Positions 1 to 9,880 of a stretch of 64,000 bases of DNA are shown here, in pieces. How positions within the stretch are numbered: position 1 is the stretch's first letter; the number at the start of each line of letters is the position of its first letter. The notes under the pieces were generated by a model. The model had not been told where the DNA came from and made no database searches. It saw nothing but the letters and a program-made list of their open reading frames with translations. A program made the position numbers and the translations under genes. Source of the stretch: an uncultured Nitrospina sp. (GTDB taxonomy: Bacteria; Nitrospinota; Nitrospinia; Nitrospinales; VA-1); contig CALAGQ010000085.1 in the NCBI GenBank assembly GCA_937891765.1, positions 39,008-103,007 of the forward strand, read 5' to 3'.

Positions 1-1195
1 GATTGCTGTCACCCGCCAATTGTCGCTTTTGTCTAGTGCCTTCCGAGGGTCACGTGGAATAGAGATCAATATTATGGGTCCGGATCTCAGAGAGCTGACC
101 GCAATGACCCAAACAGCTTTTTTTAAATTGAAGAAACTGCTACCTGATGCGGGGATTCGTCCAATTCCAGGAATGGAACTGGGACAACCACAAATCCAGG
201 TGATCCCGCGATGGCAGGAATTGGCAGAAACCGGACTCGATGTGTTTGAACTGGGTTACTCCGTTTCGGCCATCATGGACGGCGTCTACGCCGATGAGGT
301 CTATCTCGATCCGGAAAAACTCGTTGTTCCTTACCTTCCCAGGGACGGAATTGATCTGATCCTCATCAGTCGCGAAAGGGATATCCAGAAAACTCAGGAT
401 ATCGAAAATATCGTTATCAAAACACCTGGATTGGTCGGTGTACCTATCAGTACCATCGCCGACATTGAGTCTACAGTCAGCTCCGAACAAATTCAGCATA
501 TTGAACGTCAGCGTTCTATTACTCTGGAAGTGGTCCCTCCAAAAATGATGACACTTGAAGAAGGGATCGACATTGTAAAAAAAGAAATCATCGAACCGTT
601 CAAAAATGAAGGCAAACTAACAGGTGGTTATTCCATCGGTCTTACCGGAAATGCCGATAAACTCGAAAGCACGCGTAAAGCGATGGGTGGCAATTTCATT
701 TTGGCTATCTTCATCACCTACCTATTGCTGGCGGTGCTGTTTCAACACTGGGGCTATCCGCTGGTCATCATGCTGAGTGTGCCCATGGCGGCGGTGGGCG
801 GAGTGTTTGGATTATGGTTCCTCAATCGTTTTGTCCTGCAACCTCTGGACGTGCTAACCATGCTTGGGTTCATTATCCTCATTGGTGTAGTGGTTAACAA
901 CGCTATCCTGATTGTATATAAAAGCCTGCAGAACATAAGGGAGGAGCATATGAAACCGGAAGAAGCCATTCTTGACAGCGTATGTATCCGCATTCGTCCT
1001 ATTTTTATGAGCACTTTCACCAGTCTGTTCGGATTGATGCCTCTGGTGGTGATCCCCGGCGCAGGAACCGAAATCTACCGAGGTATCGGCGTGGTCATCC
1101 TTTTCGGCCTGTTTGTCAGCACCCTGTTCACTCTAGTCCTGATTCCCTGCCTGATGAACCTCGCCGTTCCCCGAACCATCGCGGATAACAGATAA
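1..1195 (+). CDS. RND-family efflux pump inner-membrane subunit (AcrB/CzcA-like), C-terminal ~390 aa; 5' end lies outside the window
   Basis: The frame is open from the window edge to TAA 1193-1195. A soluble loop is followed by a bundle of hydrophobic helices (FILAIFITYLLLAVLF, LVIMLSVPMAAVGGVFGLWF, MLGFIILIGVVVNNAILIV, FMSTFTSLFGLMPLVV, GVVILFGLFVSTLFTLVLIP), as in the C-terminal half of RND transporters. Confidence 0.8.
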   Translation, partial: IAVTRQLSLLSSAFRGSRGIEINIMGPDLRELTAMTQTAFFKLKKLLPDAGIRPIPGMELGQPQIQVIPRWQELAETGLDVFELGYSVSAIMDGVYADEVYLDPEKLVVPYLPRDGIDLILISRERDIQKTQDIENIVIKTPGLVGVPISTIADIESTVSSEQIQHIERQRSITLEVVPPKMMTLEEGIDIVKKEIIEPFKNEGKLTGGYSIGLTGNADKLESTRKAMGGNFILAIFITYLLLAVLFQHWGYPLVIMLSVPMAAVGGVFGLWFLNRFVLQPLDVLTMLGFIILIGVVVNNAILIVYKSLQNIREEHMKPEEAILDSVCIRIRPIFMSTFTSLFGLMPLVVIPGAGTEIYRGIGVVILFGLFVSTLFTLVLIPCLMNLAVPRTIADNR

Positions 1196-1550
1196 GTAAA
1201 ACCTTAAGGCCTGATCAAAACGACCGGGCCTCTTCTTATCAAAGTGGAGTTGACCGGGTTCGAATTCGCGACATCTTGAATGCCATTCATGTCAGGAGTT
1301 TTTCCCTAAATTTTATTAACTTTTATAAACTTTTGATAAAGCGTTGTCTTGGTTGTTGTCAGCTTTCTTTTTAATCAGTGAAATCTTGGTATTTCACCCT
1401 ATTTTCCTACTAATTCTGAAATAACTGGCTACAGTTTTGGCTACAGTCGCTCACTTGATTGCAATCAAGAGAGACAAAAAATCAAGTGATCAGCACTCTT
1501 TTGAATTGGTTTGATAGAAATAATTGGGTAGCGGTGTGAGAGTCGGAGTC

Positions 1551-2660
1551 CTAACTGCTAGACGGTGGGGCCTTGTACAACTGATTCGTTTCCTCAGCGA
1601 TTTTATCGTGCAGATAAAGCATCAACCAGCGTTTGCCGCCCTCTTTCACCACCCCGATTGCCACATCGCGAAACAGGATTGCCGGTTGTTTTCTCTGCAA
1701 GGTTTTAAAAATGGTTCGCGACCATTTTGCCGCCCGGCCAACCTGATATTTCTTCACCCAGTCAAACAGTTTGTTGTCGGTATAAGGAATCGTCACCTCT
1801 TTCGCCCCGGTCACATGGGATATTCTAAGCCCCAACATTTTGTTCAGCACCGGTTTCTGGCTCAATTGTCCGGCCCATTCCAGATAATCCGCCAGACTGC
1901 CCAGCAAATCATAAATCCTCACTTCATATAAAGGTGACGATGATCGGGGGTGCCAGGCTTTGGCAATGTTTCCAGCCAGAGAGATATAAATGGATTTCGC
2001 CTCGGCCCACGGCAAAGGTTTGATCGAAAACAAAATCTTTTTTCTCGACGTCTCGACGAGGCTACGGACTTCATCCGGCAAGGTCAGGTCCGTTTCTTCC
2101 TGCAATTGATCCATTTCATCGAGTAAAGTTTCCGGCTCGGGGATTTCGTCGGGCTGGTGTTCCGCATAAACTTTTATCGCGGCCTCCCCCACCAACAAAA
2201 GCCATTGCACCCAAAGCGCCCGCATCACCCTCAACCGAAACCAGCCCAGAAAAAATTCTGGAACCCATGATGGATTTTTCTCATCCACCGCAAATCCGGG
2301 AACGACCTCGCGCAAACGAAACTGCGTCAGCGCTTCCAAGCCGGAAAACTCCAGCACCTCCAGGACTTGCCGGTTCATTTCCTGAAAGGCGTTGAGCACG
2401 TTGCCAATGCGGGCTTTTTGCAGGGGTGCTTTCTCACCAGGATAGTAAATCGCGGCAATGCGGGAGACCATGTGCAAGGTGTCCGGAAAAAATTCTTTCT
2501 GGTACAATTTTTTTGCCTGGCGATGACAGGTTTCAAGCACCACCTCCAGAGCCTTGCTCTCTTGCGGAGAAACGCCTTTCCTCTGCTGAAATAGTTTTTG
2601 CCGGGCGCCCATGAACTGCTTAAGCCTGAGAACCCCCATTGCCAGATTAAGGAAAGACAT
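1551..2660 (-). CDS. hypothetical cytoplasmic protein (369 aa), family not recognised
   Basis: Long ORF with ordinary composition and an acidic central linker (PDEIPEPETLLDEMDQLQEETDLTLPDE). No TM segment or catalytic motif recognised. Confidence 0.6.
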   Translation of the reverse strand: MSFLNLAMGVLRLKQFMGARQKLFQQRKGVSPQESKALEVVLETCHRQAKKLYQKEFFPDTLHMVSRIAAIYYPGEKAPLQKARIGNVLNAFQEMNRQVLEVLEFSGLEALTQFRLREVVPGFAVDEKNPSWVPEFFLGWFRLRVMRALWVQWLLLVGEAAIKVYAEHQPDEIPEPETLLDEMDQLQEETDLTLPDEVRSLVETSRKKILFSIKPLPWAEAKSIYISLAGNIAKAWHPRSSSPLYEVRIYDLLGSLADYLEWAGQLSQKPVLNKMLGLRISHVTGAKEVTIPYTDNKLFDWVKKYQVGRAAKWSRTIFKTLQRKQPAILFRDVAIGVVKEGGKRWLMLYLHDKIAEETNQLYKAPPSSS

Positions 2661-2749
2661 AAAGTTTTTTTCTATAAGAGGGAAGAAACATTGGTATTAT
2701 ATCGAATGAGTTCGTTTTTCACTTTCTACTTGTTAAACCTGTGCCTGCC

Positions 2750-3160
2750 ATGAGTCGCCTACTACTGAAATTTTCTGTCATCATCCTCACGGGACTGATT
2801 TTAACCCAATGCGGGGAAAAGACGAGCGCCCAATATGTTCAGGAAGGCATCGACTATTCCAATGCGGGAAACTATGACAGTGCGGGAGAATCTTTTCTAA
2901 CGGCTGTCGAAAAAGACCCCAAAAATATTGACGGGCATTATGGGTTGGGGGGCATCTATAATCTCGAAAAAAAATATGAGGACGCGGAGAAGTCGTTCAA
3001 GTCCGCCATTCAGATTGACCCCACCCACTACAATGCCTGGTACAGCCTGGGTTACACCTATGAACTGATGGGCAGAAAAGAAGATTCTGAAAAAAGCTAT
3101 GAGAAATACCGCCGCCTCAAGGGGAAAATGGATTCCATCATGAACAAGGAAAAGCCTTGA
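2750..3160 (+). CDS. small exported TPR-repeat protein (possible lipoprotein)
   Basis: N-terminal signal sequence ending ...LILTQC, then TPR-like units (e.g. AWYSLGYTYELMGRKEDSEKSYEKY). ATG 2750 is preferred over GTG 2741. The stop overlaps the next start (TTGA at 3157-3160). Confidence 0.75.
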   Translation: MSRLLLKFSVIILTGLILTQCGEKTSAQYVQEGIDYSNAGNYDSAGESFLTAVEKDPKNIDGHYGLGGIYNLEKKYEDAEKSFKSAIQIDPTHYNAWYSLGYTYELMGRKEDSEKSYEKYRRLKGKMDSIMNKEKP

Positions 3161-4047
3161 GACCATTAATATTTTTCATCCTCCTGTTCGCTTGGGTCAG
3201 CGCCTGCGCCCCTGCCAGCAAAAAGCACCGCAAGCGCTACCGCAAAGCCCCCCCTATAGAACAATCGCAGCAAGAACGCCCAACGAAGTCCACCAAAGCA
3301 AAACCTGCTAAATCGAAATCCATCGCAAAACCGGCAGATCCCATTGTACGCGGTTCAATGAAAACTTCTTTGCTTCCTACCATTTTAAACGAAAAGGATC
3401 AGGCTTTAATGATCCTGATTGATGCTGGCAAATATCTTGTCGGGAAGAAAGAACTTTCTGCCCGTGGGACTCTGAGTGAAAACAAATCGCCATTCACAAA
3501 TCTGGAGGCATTCCACATCGACCGGACAGAAACCACCGTCGCTCAATTTCGCCAATACCAACTCGACTATGACGAAAAACCCTTTGCAGGAGGAAAAAAC
3601 TGCCCAACCTGCCCTGCCATGGGTATCAACTGGATTCAAGCGAGTAAGTATTGCCGATGGGCGGGCAAACGCCTGCCCCGAGAAGAAGAATGGGAAGCCG
3701 CCGCTCGGGGTGTCAGCAACTTCACGTATCCATGGGGAGAGGCGTTTCTTCCTGAACACTCGAATTTGCTGGGGGAAGAAGACGGACACCTGTTTGCTGC
3801 GCCAGTCGGTTCTTTTCTATCTGGCGCCAGTGCCAGCGGTGTGATGGATATGGCCGGGAACGTCTGGGAATGGGTGGACGATAAAAAATCTGCACGACCT
3901 CAGCCTGACACCCGCATTGTCAAAGGCGGAGGATGGACCAGCGATAAAAGCCAGGCGCGCATTTCATTTCGCAACCATGTCGATCTTAAAATGAATAATC
4001 CTACTTTCGGATTTCGTTGCGCAAAATCTCTGCAACAAAAAAGATAA
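3157..4047 (+). CDS. FGE-sulfatase/SUMF1-domain lipoprotein (paralogue 1)
   Basis: TTG start preceded by AAGGAAAAG. Canonical lipobox (FAWVSA-C). FGE-domain hallmarks present: RLPREEEWEAAARG, YPWG, MAGNVWEWV, VKGGGW, FGFRCA. Confidence 0.8.
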   Translation: MRPLIFFILLFAWVSACAPASKKHRKRYRKAPPIEQSQQERPTKSTKAKPAKSKSIAKPADPIVRGSMKTSLLPTILNEKDQALMILIDAGKYLVGKKELSARGTLSENKSPFTNLEAFHIDRTETTVAQFRQYQLDYDEKPFAGGKNCPTCPAMGINWIQASKYCRWAGKRLPREEEWEAAARGVSNFTYPWGEAFLPEHSNLLGEEDGHLFAAPVGSFLSGASASGVMDMAGNVWEWVDDKKSARPQPDTRIVKGGGWTSDKSQARISFRNHVDLKMNNPTFGFRCAKSLQQKR

Positions 4048-4129
4048 AACAGGATTAAAAACAAGAGAAGCCAGCGAAGAACTCGCTGGCTGGACTCCTG
4101 CAGACATTCTATTCAGGCGGGCGGGTGAA

Positions 4130-7100
4130 TCAGGAGCAACCTGATGTCGCTCCACAAGTCATGCACTTCAAACAGGTTCCGTTTCGGACCAATGTCAAGC
4201 TTCCGCATTCCTGGCAGGCATCACCTTCATAACCCTTGAGTTTGGCGATCACCGCCGTTGTGGTCGCGACACCCACAGAAGACTGGGAAGAATTTTTCAG
4301 AGCACTGGAGGCACCATTGCCATTACCGTTTCCGTTACCATTCCCGTTGGACGGAGCCTTGGCGATTGCATGGGAGATCTTTGTCACCGTTTCGGTGCTC
4401 GTGGAAGTCGCAGGCGCTGACGAACCCGAGCCATTAGAGCCAGGCCCGACATCATCGTCACTGGACTGCTGATCTTTTTTACCGATAGAGTCGGACCGCA
4501 AATCATCCGGCGTTACCTGAGCCAGATCAGTCCTGCCCAGATAACTGATTGCCAGTTCCCGGAAAATATAGTCGATGGTTGAGGTGGACATGGTGATCGC
4601 CTGATTACCGGTAACAATCCCGTTCGGTTCAAACCGGGTGAACACAAATGCATCGGTAAACTCTTCCAGCGGAACTCCGTGTTGCAACCCTAATGAGATC
4701 GCGATGGCAAAGCAGTTCATCAAACTGCGGTAGGCCGCGCCCTCTTTATGCATGTCGATGAAAATTTCACCGAGAGCGCCATCATCATATTCACCGGTTC
4801 TGAGATAAACCTTGTGACCGCCGATGGAGGCTTTCTGGGTATATCCTTTTCTGCGGTGCGGCAAGGCTCTGCGCTTGTGCTCACGCACCACTTCAATGAT
4901 CTGTTTCGCCATCTGCATGGCCGGGGCTTCTTCTTCCATCTTCAGTTGGTTGAAGGTGTCCGTCGCCACACTGTTTAATGGCTGGCTCAGTTTGGAACCA
5001 TCGCGATAGATGGCGGTTCCCTTCAACATCAGTTTCCAGCTCAGCATATGCGCCCGTTCGACATCGACAATGGTGGCATCGTTGGGCATATTGATGGTTT
5101 TGGATATTGCGCCGGAAAGAAAAGGCTGCGCCGCCGCCATCATGCGGATATGCGCCTCGGGGCGGATGAAACGCTTGCCATACCTTCCGCACTGGTTGGC
5201 ACAATCGAAAACAGGATAATGACGCTCTTTCAGATGGGGGGCGTCTTCAACCGTCATTCTTCCGCAAATGTTGTCATTGGCCGATTGGATTTCTTCATCG
5301 GTAAAACCCAGATGCTCCAGCAGGCTGAAGGTGATAGAGTCCAACTGCTCATCGGTCAACTTCAACACGTCCTTGCAGAAGGATTCTCCCATAACAAATT
5401 TATTGAACGCAAAACTGATATCGAAAGCCTTCGGCAATTCAAGCTGAACATTATCGAGCACTTCGTCGGTGAAGCCTTTTTTGCGCAGGGAATTCCGGTT
5501 GATGTATGGAGCGGTTTCCAGACTACCCGAGCCCACGCAATACTCAACAATGTCCTTGATCTCATCAGGCTTGTAACCCAGCTTGCGAAGTGCGCCGGGA
5601 ACCGACTGATTGATAATTTTAAAATAACCACCGCCTGCCAGTTTCTTGTATTTAATCAGAGCGTAGTCCGGCTCAATGCCTGTGGTATCGCAATCCATCA
5701 GCAATCCGATCGTACCTGTCGGCGCGATACAAGTGGTCTGGGCATTGCGGAATCCGTTCTTCTCGCCCAAGTCCAACGCATCCGCCCATTCCTTCTGAGC
5801 CGCGTCGAGGAGATAGTTCGGACAATGTTCCGCCTGAATACCCTGCGGGTATATGGTGAGTCCTTCATACTCATGCACTTCCACATTATGTGCCGCACGC
5901 TGGTGGTTTTTCAGAACCTTGAGCATGGCGTCCCGGTTCTTCTCAAAGCCCGCAAAGGAGCCCAACTCCCCAGCCATTTCCGCCGACATGGCATAAGAGG
6001 TTCCGGTGGTCATGGCAGAAATTGCGCCGGCAATGGCCCGGCCGTCTTCCGAGTCATAAGGAATACCCATCACCATGAGCATGGCTCCCAAATTGGCATA
6101 ACCGAGACCCAGGGTGCGGAACTCAAAACTCTTTTTAGCGATAGCCTGATTGGGAAACTGCGCCATCATTACCGAAATTTCCAGAGTGAGAGTCCACAGC
6201 CGGCAAGCGTGCCGGTAGTTTTCTATTGCGAACACACCCTTCTCTTCATCGTAAAAACGCATCAGGTTGATGGACGCGAGGTTGCAGGCGGTGTCATCGA
6301 GAAACATGTATTCAGAGCAGGGATTGGAAGCGCGGATCGGCCCGTCTTCCGGACAGGTATGCCACTCGTTGATTGTCGTGTGAAACTGGAGCCCCGGATC
6401 GGCACTGGACCAGGCGGAGTAGTTGACCTTTTCCCACAGATCTTTTGCAGGCAGGGTTCTGGCGATCCCGCCATCGGTTCTGCGGATCAGGTTCCAGTCT
6501 CCGTCGCATTCCACAGCACGCAGAAACTCATTGGTGAGACGAACCGAGTTGTTGGAGTTCTGGCCTGAAACGGTCAGGTAGCCTTCTGAAGTCCAATTGG
6601 TGTCATATTCTTCAAACTCAATATCCTTGACCCCTTGTCGGGCCAGTTGGATAACGCGATAAATATAGTTTTCAGGGATGAAGCAATCCAATCCCTTGCG
6701 GACGGCTTTTTTCAGCGCTTTATTTTTCTGTACGTCAAACCGGGCTTCTTCGCCTTCATCCTTGGCCCAACAAGCCTTGACAACTTCTTTCAGGCATCGG
6801 CGGGTCATCTTGCTTCCCGCCGCAAGAGCAGCAACTTTGCGCTCTTCCTTAACTTTCCATTCAACGAACTCTTCAATGTCAGGATGGTCCATGTCGAGGG
6901 TGACCATCTTGGCTGCACGTCGTGTGGTGCCGCCGGACTTGATCGCTCCTGCCGCCCGGTCACCGATCTTTAAGAAACTCATCAGTCCGGAAGACCTGCC
7001 ACCGCCGGAAAGGGACTCGCCATTTCCGCGAAGATTGGAGAAGTTGGTTCCGGTCCCAGACCCAAACTTGAACAACCGGGCTTCCTGTCGCCACAAATCC

Positions 7101-7744
7101 ATAATTCCGCCATCGCCCACCAGATCATCATCTACGGAAAGAATAAAGCAGGCATGCGGTTGCGGTCGTTCATAAGCGTTTTTGGATTTTTGCAGTGCCC
7201 CGACTTCCTCGTCGAAATAATAATGTCCTTGAGCAGGTCCTTCGAGGCCATAGGCCCAGTTCATGCCGGTGTTGAACCATTGCGGAGAATTAGGCGCCGC
7301 CAACTGCAGGACCAACATATAACGCATCTCATCATAATAACTTCGCGCGTCTTTCTCGCTGCTGAAACAATTATTTTTCCATCCCCAATACGTCCAGCAC
7401 CCGGCCAGACGATGAAAGACTTCCTGCGATGTGGTTTCCCGGGAAAACTGCGCCGATTGAGGGAGCTGGTTCAGCGCCTCTTCATCCGGCACCGATGGAC
7501 AAAGCCATTCGGGCAATCCGGGCTCGAACTTCTTTTTCAGCCGGGCTGGAACTCCCGCCTTGCGGAAGTACTTCTGCGCCATAATATCGACCGCCACCTG
7601 CGACCAGGTGTCAGGCACCAAGACGTTCTTGATTTCAGAAACCAAAGAACCATCAGCATTGATGATTTTAGAAACTCGCTCGACAAAGCCGATCCCTTCG
7701 TAGGGGTCCTGGTGATCTTTGGTAAATACCCGGTCGATTCGCAT
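4130..7744 (-). CDS. nrdJ: class II (adenosylcobalamin-dependent) ribonucleotide reductase
   Basis: 1204 aa. RNR active-site segment [24 protein letters not shown], plus [10 protein letters not shown]-terminal CxxC-x13-CxxC zinc-ribbon-like tail. ATG 7744 with SD AGGTGGAG is preferred over the upstream GTG 7756. Confidence 0.9.
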   Translation of the reverse strand: MRIDRVFTKDHQDPYEGIGFVERVSKIINADGSLVSEIKNVLVPDTWSQVAVDIMAQKYFRKAGVPARLKKKFEPGLPEWLCPSVPDEEALNQLPQSAQFSRETTSQEVFHRLAGCWTYWGWKNNCFSSEKDARSYYDEMRYMLVLQLAAPNSPQWFNTGMNWAYGLEGPAQGHYYFDEEVGALQKSKNAYERPQPHACFILSVDDDLVGDGGIMDLWRQEARLFKFGSGTGTNFSNLRGNGESLSGGGRSSGLMSFLKIGDRAAGAIKSGGTTRRAAKMVTLDMDHPDIEEFVEWKVKEERKVAALAAGSKMTRRCLKEVVKACWAKDEGEEARFDVQKNKALKKAVRKGLDCFIPENYIYRVIQLARQGVKDIEFEEYDTNWTSEGYLTVSGQNSNNSVRLTNEFLRAVECDGDWNLIRRTDGGIARTLPAKDLWEKVNYSAWSSADPGLQFHTTINEWHTCPEDGPIRASNPCSEYMFLDDTACNLASINLMRFYDEEKGVFAIENYRHACRLWTLTLEISVMMAQFPNQAIAKKSFEFRTLGLGYANLGAMLMVMGIPYDSEDGRAIAGAISAMTTGTSYAMSAEMAGELGSFAGFEKNRDAMLKVLKNHQRAAHNVEVHEYEGLTIYPQGIQAEHCPNYLLDAAQKEWADALDLGEKNGFRNAQTTCIAPTGTIGLLMDCDTTGIEPDYALIKYKKLAGGGYFKIINQSVPGALRKLGYKPDEIKDIVEYCVGSGSLETAPYINRNSLRKKGFTDEVLDNVQLELPKAFDISFAFNKFVMGESFCKDVLKLTDEQLDSITFSLLEHLGFTDEEIQSANDNICGRMTVEDAPHLKERHYPVFDCANQCGRYGKRFIRPEAHIRMMAAAQPFLSGAISKTINMPNDATIVDVERAHMLSWKLMLKGTAIYRDGSKLSQPLNSVATDTFNQLKMEEEAPAMQMAKQIIEVVREHKRRALPHRRKGYTQKASIGGHKVYLRTGEYDDGALGEIFIDMHKEGAAYRSLMNCFAIAISLGLQHGVPLEEFTDAFVFTRFEPNGIVTGNQAITMSTSTIDYIFRELAISYLGRTDLAQVTPDDLRSDSIGKKDQQSSDDDVGPGSNGSGSSAPATSTSTETVTKISHAIAKAPSNGNGNGNGNGNGASSALKNSSQSSVGVATTTAVIAKLKGYEGDACQECGSLTLVRNGTCLKCMTCGATSGCS

Positions 7745-7866
7745 AAAACGCTCCACCTCGCTAAAAAGATAATTTCAATAAATTGAATCAGTTATGGGCC
7801 AAAGGTTGGCAGGATAAAAACAATTCCAAACTGCCCCGTTCCCTTAGAAGTATTGGTGCCTCAAAC

Positions 7867-7888
7867 CACAAAATATCTATATTTTGTG
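7867..7888. promoter_or_regulatory. perfect 10-2-10 inverted repeat (CACAAAATAT-ct-ATATTTTGTG) upstream of nrdJ; operator candidate, NrdR-box-like in composition
   Basis: The palindrome is read directly, about 120 nt upstream of the nrdJ ATG. A weaker palindrome ATACAAGATGTAGTAT (7906-7921) lies 36 nt away, between TTGACA-like (7921-7926, minus) and TATAAT (7903-7908, minus) hexamers. Confidence 0.45.
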
Positions 7889-8126
7889 TCGTCCAGCAAA
7901 ATATTATACAAGATGTAGTATGTCAACGAAATTCTAGGGTGCTCGAAAAACTTTCTTTCAAGGCCACAAAACATAAAGGTTTCGTGCTTCTTGCTCATCC
8001 CAATTATAGGCGAATAAAAAGCAAAAATAAATGGTATAGTGAACAGAAAAACTGTTTTTTTGTTGTTGGTTTTCAGGAAGGATAGAACTTGTTCGCAAAT
8101 TAAAACAGAGCTTTATATATTCCGCA

Positions 8127-9578
8127 TCAGGGTTTCGACCAGTCGATCTCGACCTTGCCGACAAACTCCATCAAGCCAAACGGGCCTTCCTTGGTTCCTT
8201 CGGTCAGTTTGATGTGGGTGGCATCCACCACATCCTGGCCAAAAGTCGGGTCGAGAGCTCGCCACTCCCCCACATAAACTTCGGGCCAGGCATGATAAAG
8301 AAACCCGGAGTATTCTTTCGAATACACCAGTCCGTTCACGATGCGGGTGGGGATGCCCAGCGCCCGGGCTAGAGCTGTAAACAGGTAAGTGTGTGACTGG
8401 CACTCGCCCCTCCTTTCATGCAAAGCGTCCAACGCCGTTACCGTGTCCACCAATTCTTTTTCTAAATTGTTGTGCACCCAACGGTTGATGTCTCGCGCCA
8501 CCTGCCAGTCATTTTGGGTATCGGCGGCAAGTTCTCGGGCCAGAGCCCGGATCATGGGATGCCTGGATTGCACCTCGGCCGATTCTTCCAGATACTTTTT
8601 ATCCTGCTCTTTCGGATGGCTCGACAGGCTGCCTAACGTTTCCGGTTCCGTTTCAACTTCCAGCGTGGTTCGATATAAACCATTCGGCAGACGTTCTGTT
8701 TTGAGAATTCTTTGCCGATGATCTTCGGGAACGAGATCGGGAGAACGCAGAGGCTCAAGGTGAAAGATGATTTTCCTCACCAGGTCCGCTCGGTCGATCG
8801 GCTGGTCGGGCTTGACCAGACTCATGGTGATCAGGCTACTGACCGTCAGCGGCTCGTCAAGTTTCTGCGCGACTTCGGCAGATTCCCGGAACGACTCAAA
8901 ATCCTGGTTGGTGGTTTCTTTGATCACCGAGCCATCGTCAGCCACCCACAAAATGGTTTCGATACCGCTGAATTTTTGTTGGATAGCAAAAGTCTCGACC
9001 GGCTTACCGTCGTACTCTAGAGTTTCCCGGCGTAGAACTTCATACTCCAGATCCACCAACATCTGAAACGGCTCCAGAAACAGAGGTAGAGTGCCTTTTT
9101 GTCCCACTTTAAGTCCATTCACCATCAGGTTTAAAAGAAAGGTTGATGAAGGAAGTGCGTCAGGCGGGAGATCGATGGACTCTTCCTTGTCGAACCCCCG
9201 CGACCTCACCCGATAGGTCAGGCGATTGCCGTCCATCCTGCCCTCGACCTGTTGCCGGTGTCCGGTGATCTCCTGCAGGAGGGAAAAACTCAGAAGCTTG
9301 AAATCTGGACTGAGCCGTGTCTTTTGATTGATGGTGGTGGACTGGTCGGCAGACTCGGAACGAAGCTGAAAAAAAACTTTCGAGTCCATCTCGATCATTT
9401 CCGGGGTCCATCGGGTTTGTGACTGGGTAAACCCCATCTTACGGCCCTGAAAATAGGTTCCCATCCAGTCTTCCCGCTCACCGGAACCCTGAAACAGAGG
9501 CGGGGCCCCCTCCTGGAAGGACTGGACCGATCCACAAAAAACCCAAAGTATCAAAATGAATTGCTGTAATAATTTCAT
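8127..9578 (-). CDS. secreted transglutaminase-like (cysteine protease fold) domain protein
   Basis: N-terminal signal peptide (MKLLQQFILILWVFCGSVQS). C-terminal transglutaminase core with the Cys/His/Asp arrangement (GECQSHTYLF...YHAWPEVY...ALDPT). Confidence 0.75.
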   Translation of the reverse strand: MKLLQQFILILWVFCGSVQSFQEGAPPLFQGSGEREDWMGTYFQGRKMGFTQSQTRWTPEMIEMDSKVFFQLRSESADQSTTINQKTRLSPDFKLLSFSLLQEITGHRQQVEGRMDGNRLTYRVRSRGFDKEESIDLPPDALPSSTFLLNLMVNGLKVGQKGTLPLFLEPFQMLVDLEYEVLRRETLEYDGKPVETFAIQQKFSGIETILWVADDGSVIKETTNQDFESFRESAEVAQKLDEPLTVSSLITMSLVKPDQPIDRADLVRKIIFHLEPLRSPDLVPEDHRQRILKTERLPNGLYRTTLEVETEPETLGSLSSHPKEQDKKYLEESAEVQSRHPMIRALARELAADTQNDWQVARDINRWVHNNLEKELVDTVTALDALHERRGECQSHTYLFTALARALGIPTRIVNGLVYSKEYSGFLYHAWPEVYVGEWRALDPTFGQDVVDATHIKLTEGTKEGPFGLMEFVGKVEIDWSKP

Positions 9579-9608
9579 ATCAATAAATTAACATTCAAGT
9601 TATCACCC

Positions 9609-9830
9609 TACTAGCCAAGGCGGGCTTTGTATAAGTGGCATTGTACCTAAAAAGCGAGATCCTTCGTCGCCTTTGGCTCCTCAAGGATGACATACCGGCA
9701 TTTCTTGTCATTCTGAACGTAGTGAAGAATCTAGCCTTTACGTTTTTTCGACTTACGCAAAGGGCTCGGAGGCAACTGGCATTGGCCCCACGCCGAGTGG
9801 AAAATTTCCTCCCACCCCATAAGCAGGCAT
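9609..9830. repeat. cluster of short hairpin repeat modules (locus A of the dispersed family)
   Basis: Contains ATCCTT-N18-AAGGATGAC (9657-9691), GTCATTCTGAACGTAGTGAAGAATC (9707-9731) and GGCCCCACGCCGAGTGG (9784-9800). The last module recurs at 43793-43812 and 61657-61677. Confidence 0.7.
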
Positions 9831-9866
9831 GCTAGTATTTCCGCTTTACGTTTTTAACAAACTTTC

Positions 9867-9875
9867 TGTTATAAT
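9867..9875 (+). promoter_or_regulatory. extended -10 promoter element TGTTATAAT, 5 nt upstream of the guaB ATG (leaderless-type arrangement)
   Basis: Perfect TGnTATAAT at 9867-9875. Only ATCTC separates it from ATG 9881, and there is no SD. Confidence 0.45.
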
Positions 9876-9880
9876 ATCTC

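Noticed and set aside
1245-1275. tRNA-like T-arm fragment GGGTTCGAATTCGCG, possibly an att-site remnant
   Set aside because: The flanks cannot form a T-stem or acceptor stem. There is no matching repeat and no integrase nearby.
4300-4360. The (Asn-Gly)6 run in NrdJ as a phase-variable microsatellite
   Set aside because: The hexanucleotide units use different codons (ccattgccattaccgtttccgttaccattcccgtt), so there is no perfect DNA repeat to slip.
5048-6568. 506-aa plus-strand ORF, plus other long ORFs antisense to confident genes (20226-21239, 37625-38611, 26418-27239, 50407-51183, 60229-61191, 42610-43317, 18191-19066)
   Set aside because: Each lies entirely opposite a gene with unambiguous family motifs (nrdJ, purL, valS, the rSAM gene, the PCP_red protein and so on). 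Their translations are low-complexity, F/L/G/R/H-rich and lack motifs. They are typical shadow ORFs.
4130-7744. Intein inside the unusually long NrdJ
   Set aside because: I saw no intein splice-junction or endonuclease block motifs. The extra length is accounted for by the N-terminal region and the low-complexity C-terminal tail.
7783-8085. 100-aa ORF in the AT-rich region upstream of nrdJ
   Set aside because: It has AT-rich, Lys/Asn/Ser-biased composition, no SD, and overlaps the palindromic operator candidates. It is more likely regulatory DNA than coding.
7757-8126. Possible cobalamin riboswitch in the long nrdJ leader
   Set aside because: I could not find a B12-box-like element or the conserved GC-rich core. 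In addition, B12 riboswitches normally control B12-independent isozymes or transport rather than the B12-dependent RNR.
9635-9835. 66-aa ORF (and the 107-aa ORF at 14489-14812) lying in intergenic repeat clusters
   Set aside because: They are read through palindromic repeat modules (e.g. the peptide ...VILNVVKNL... comes from the GTCATTCTGAACGTAGTGAAGAATC hairpin). They have no SD. This is the kind of spurious ORF such repeats generate.
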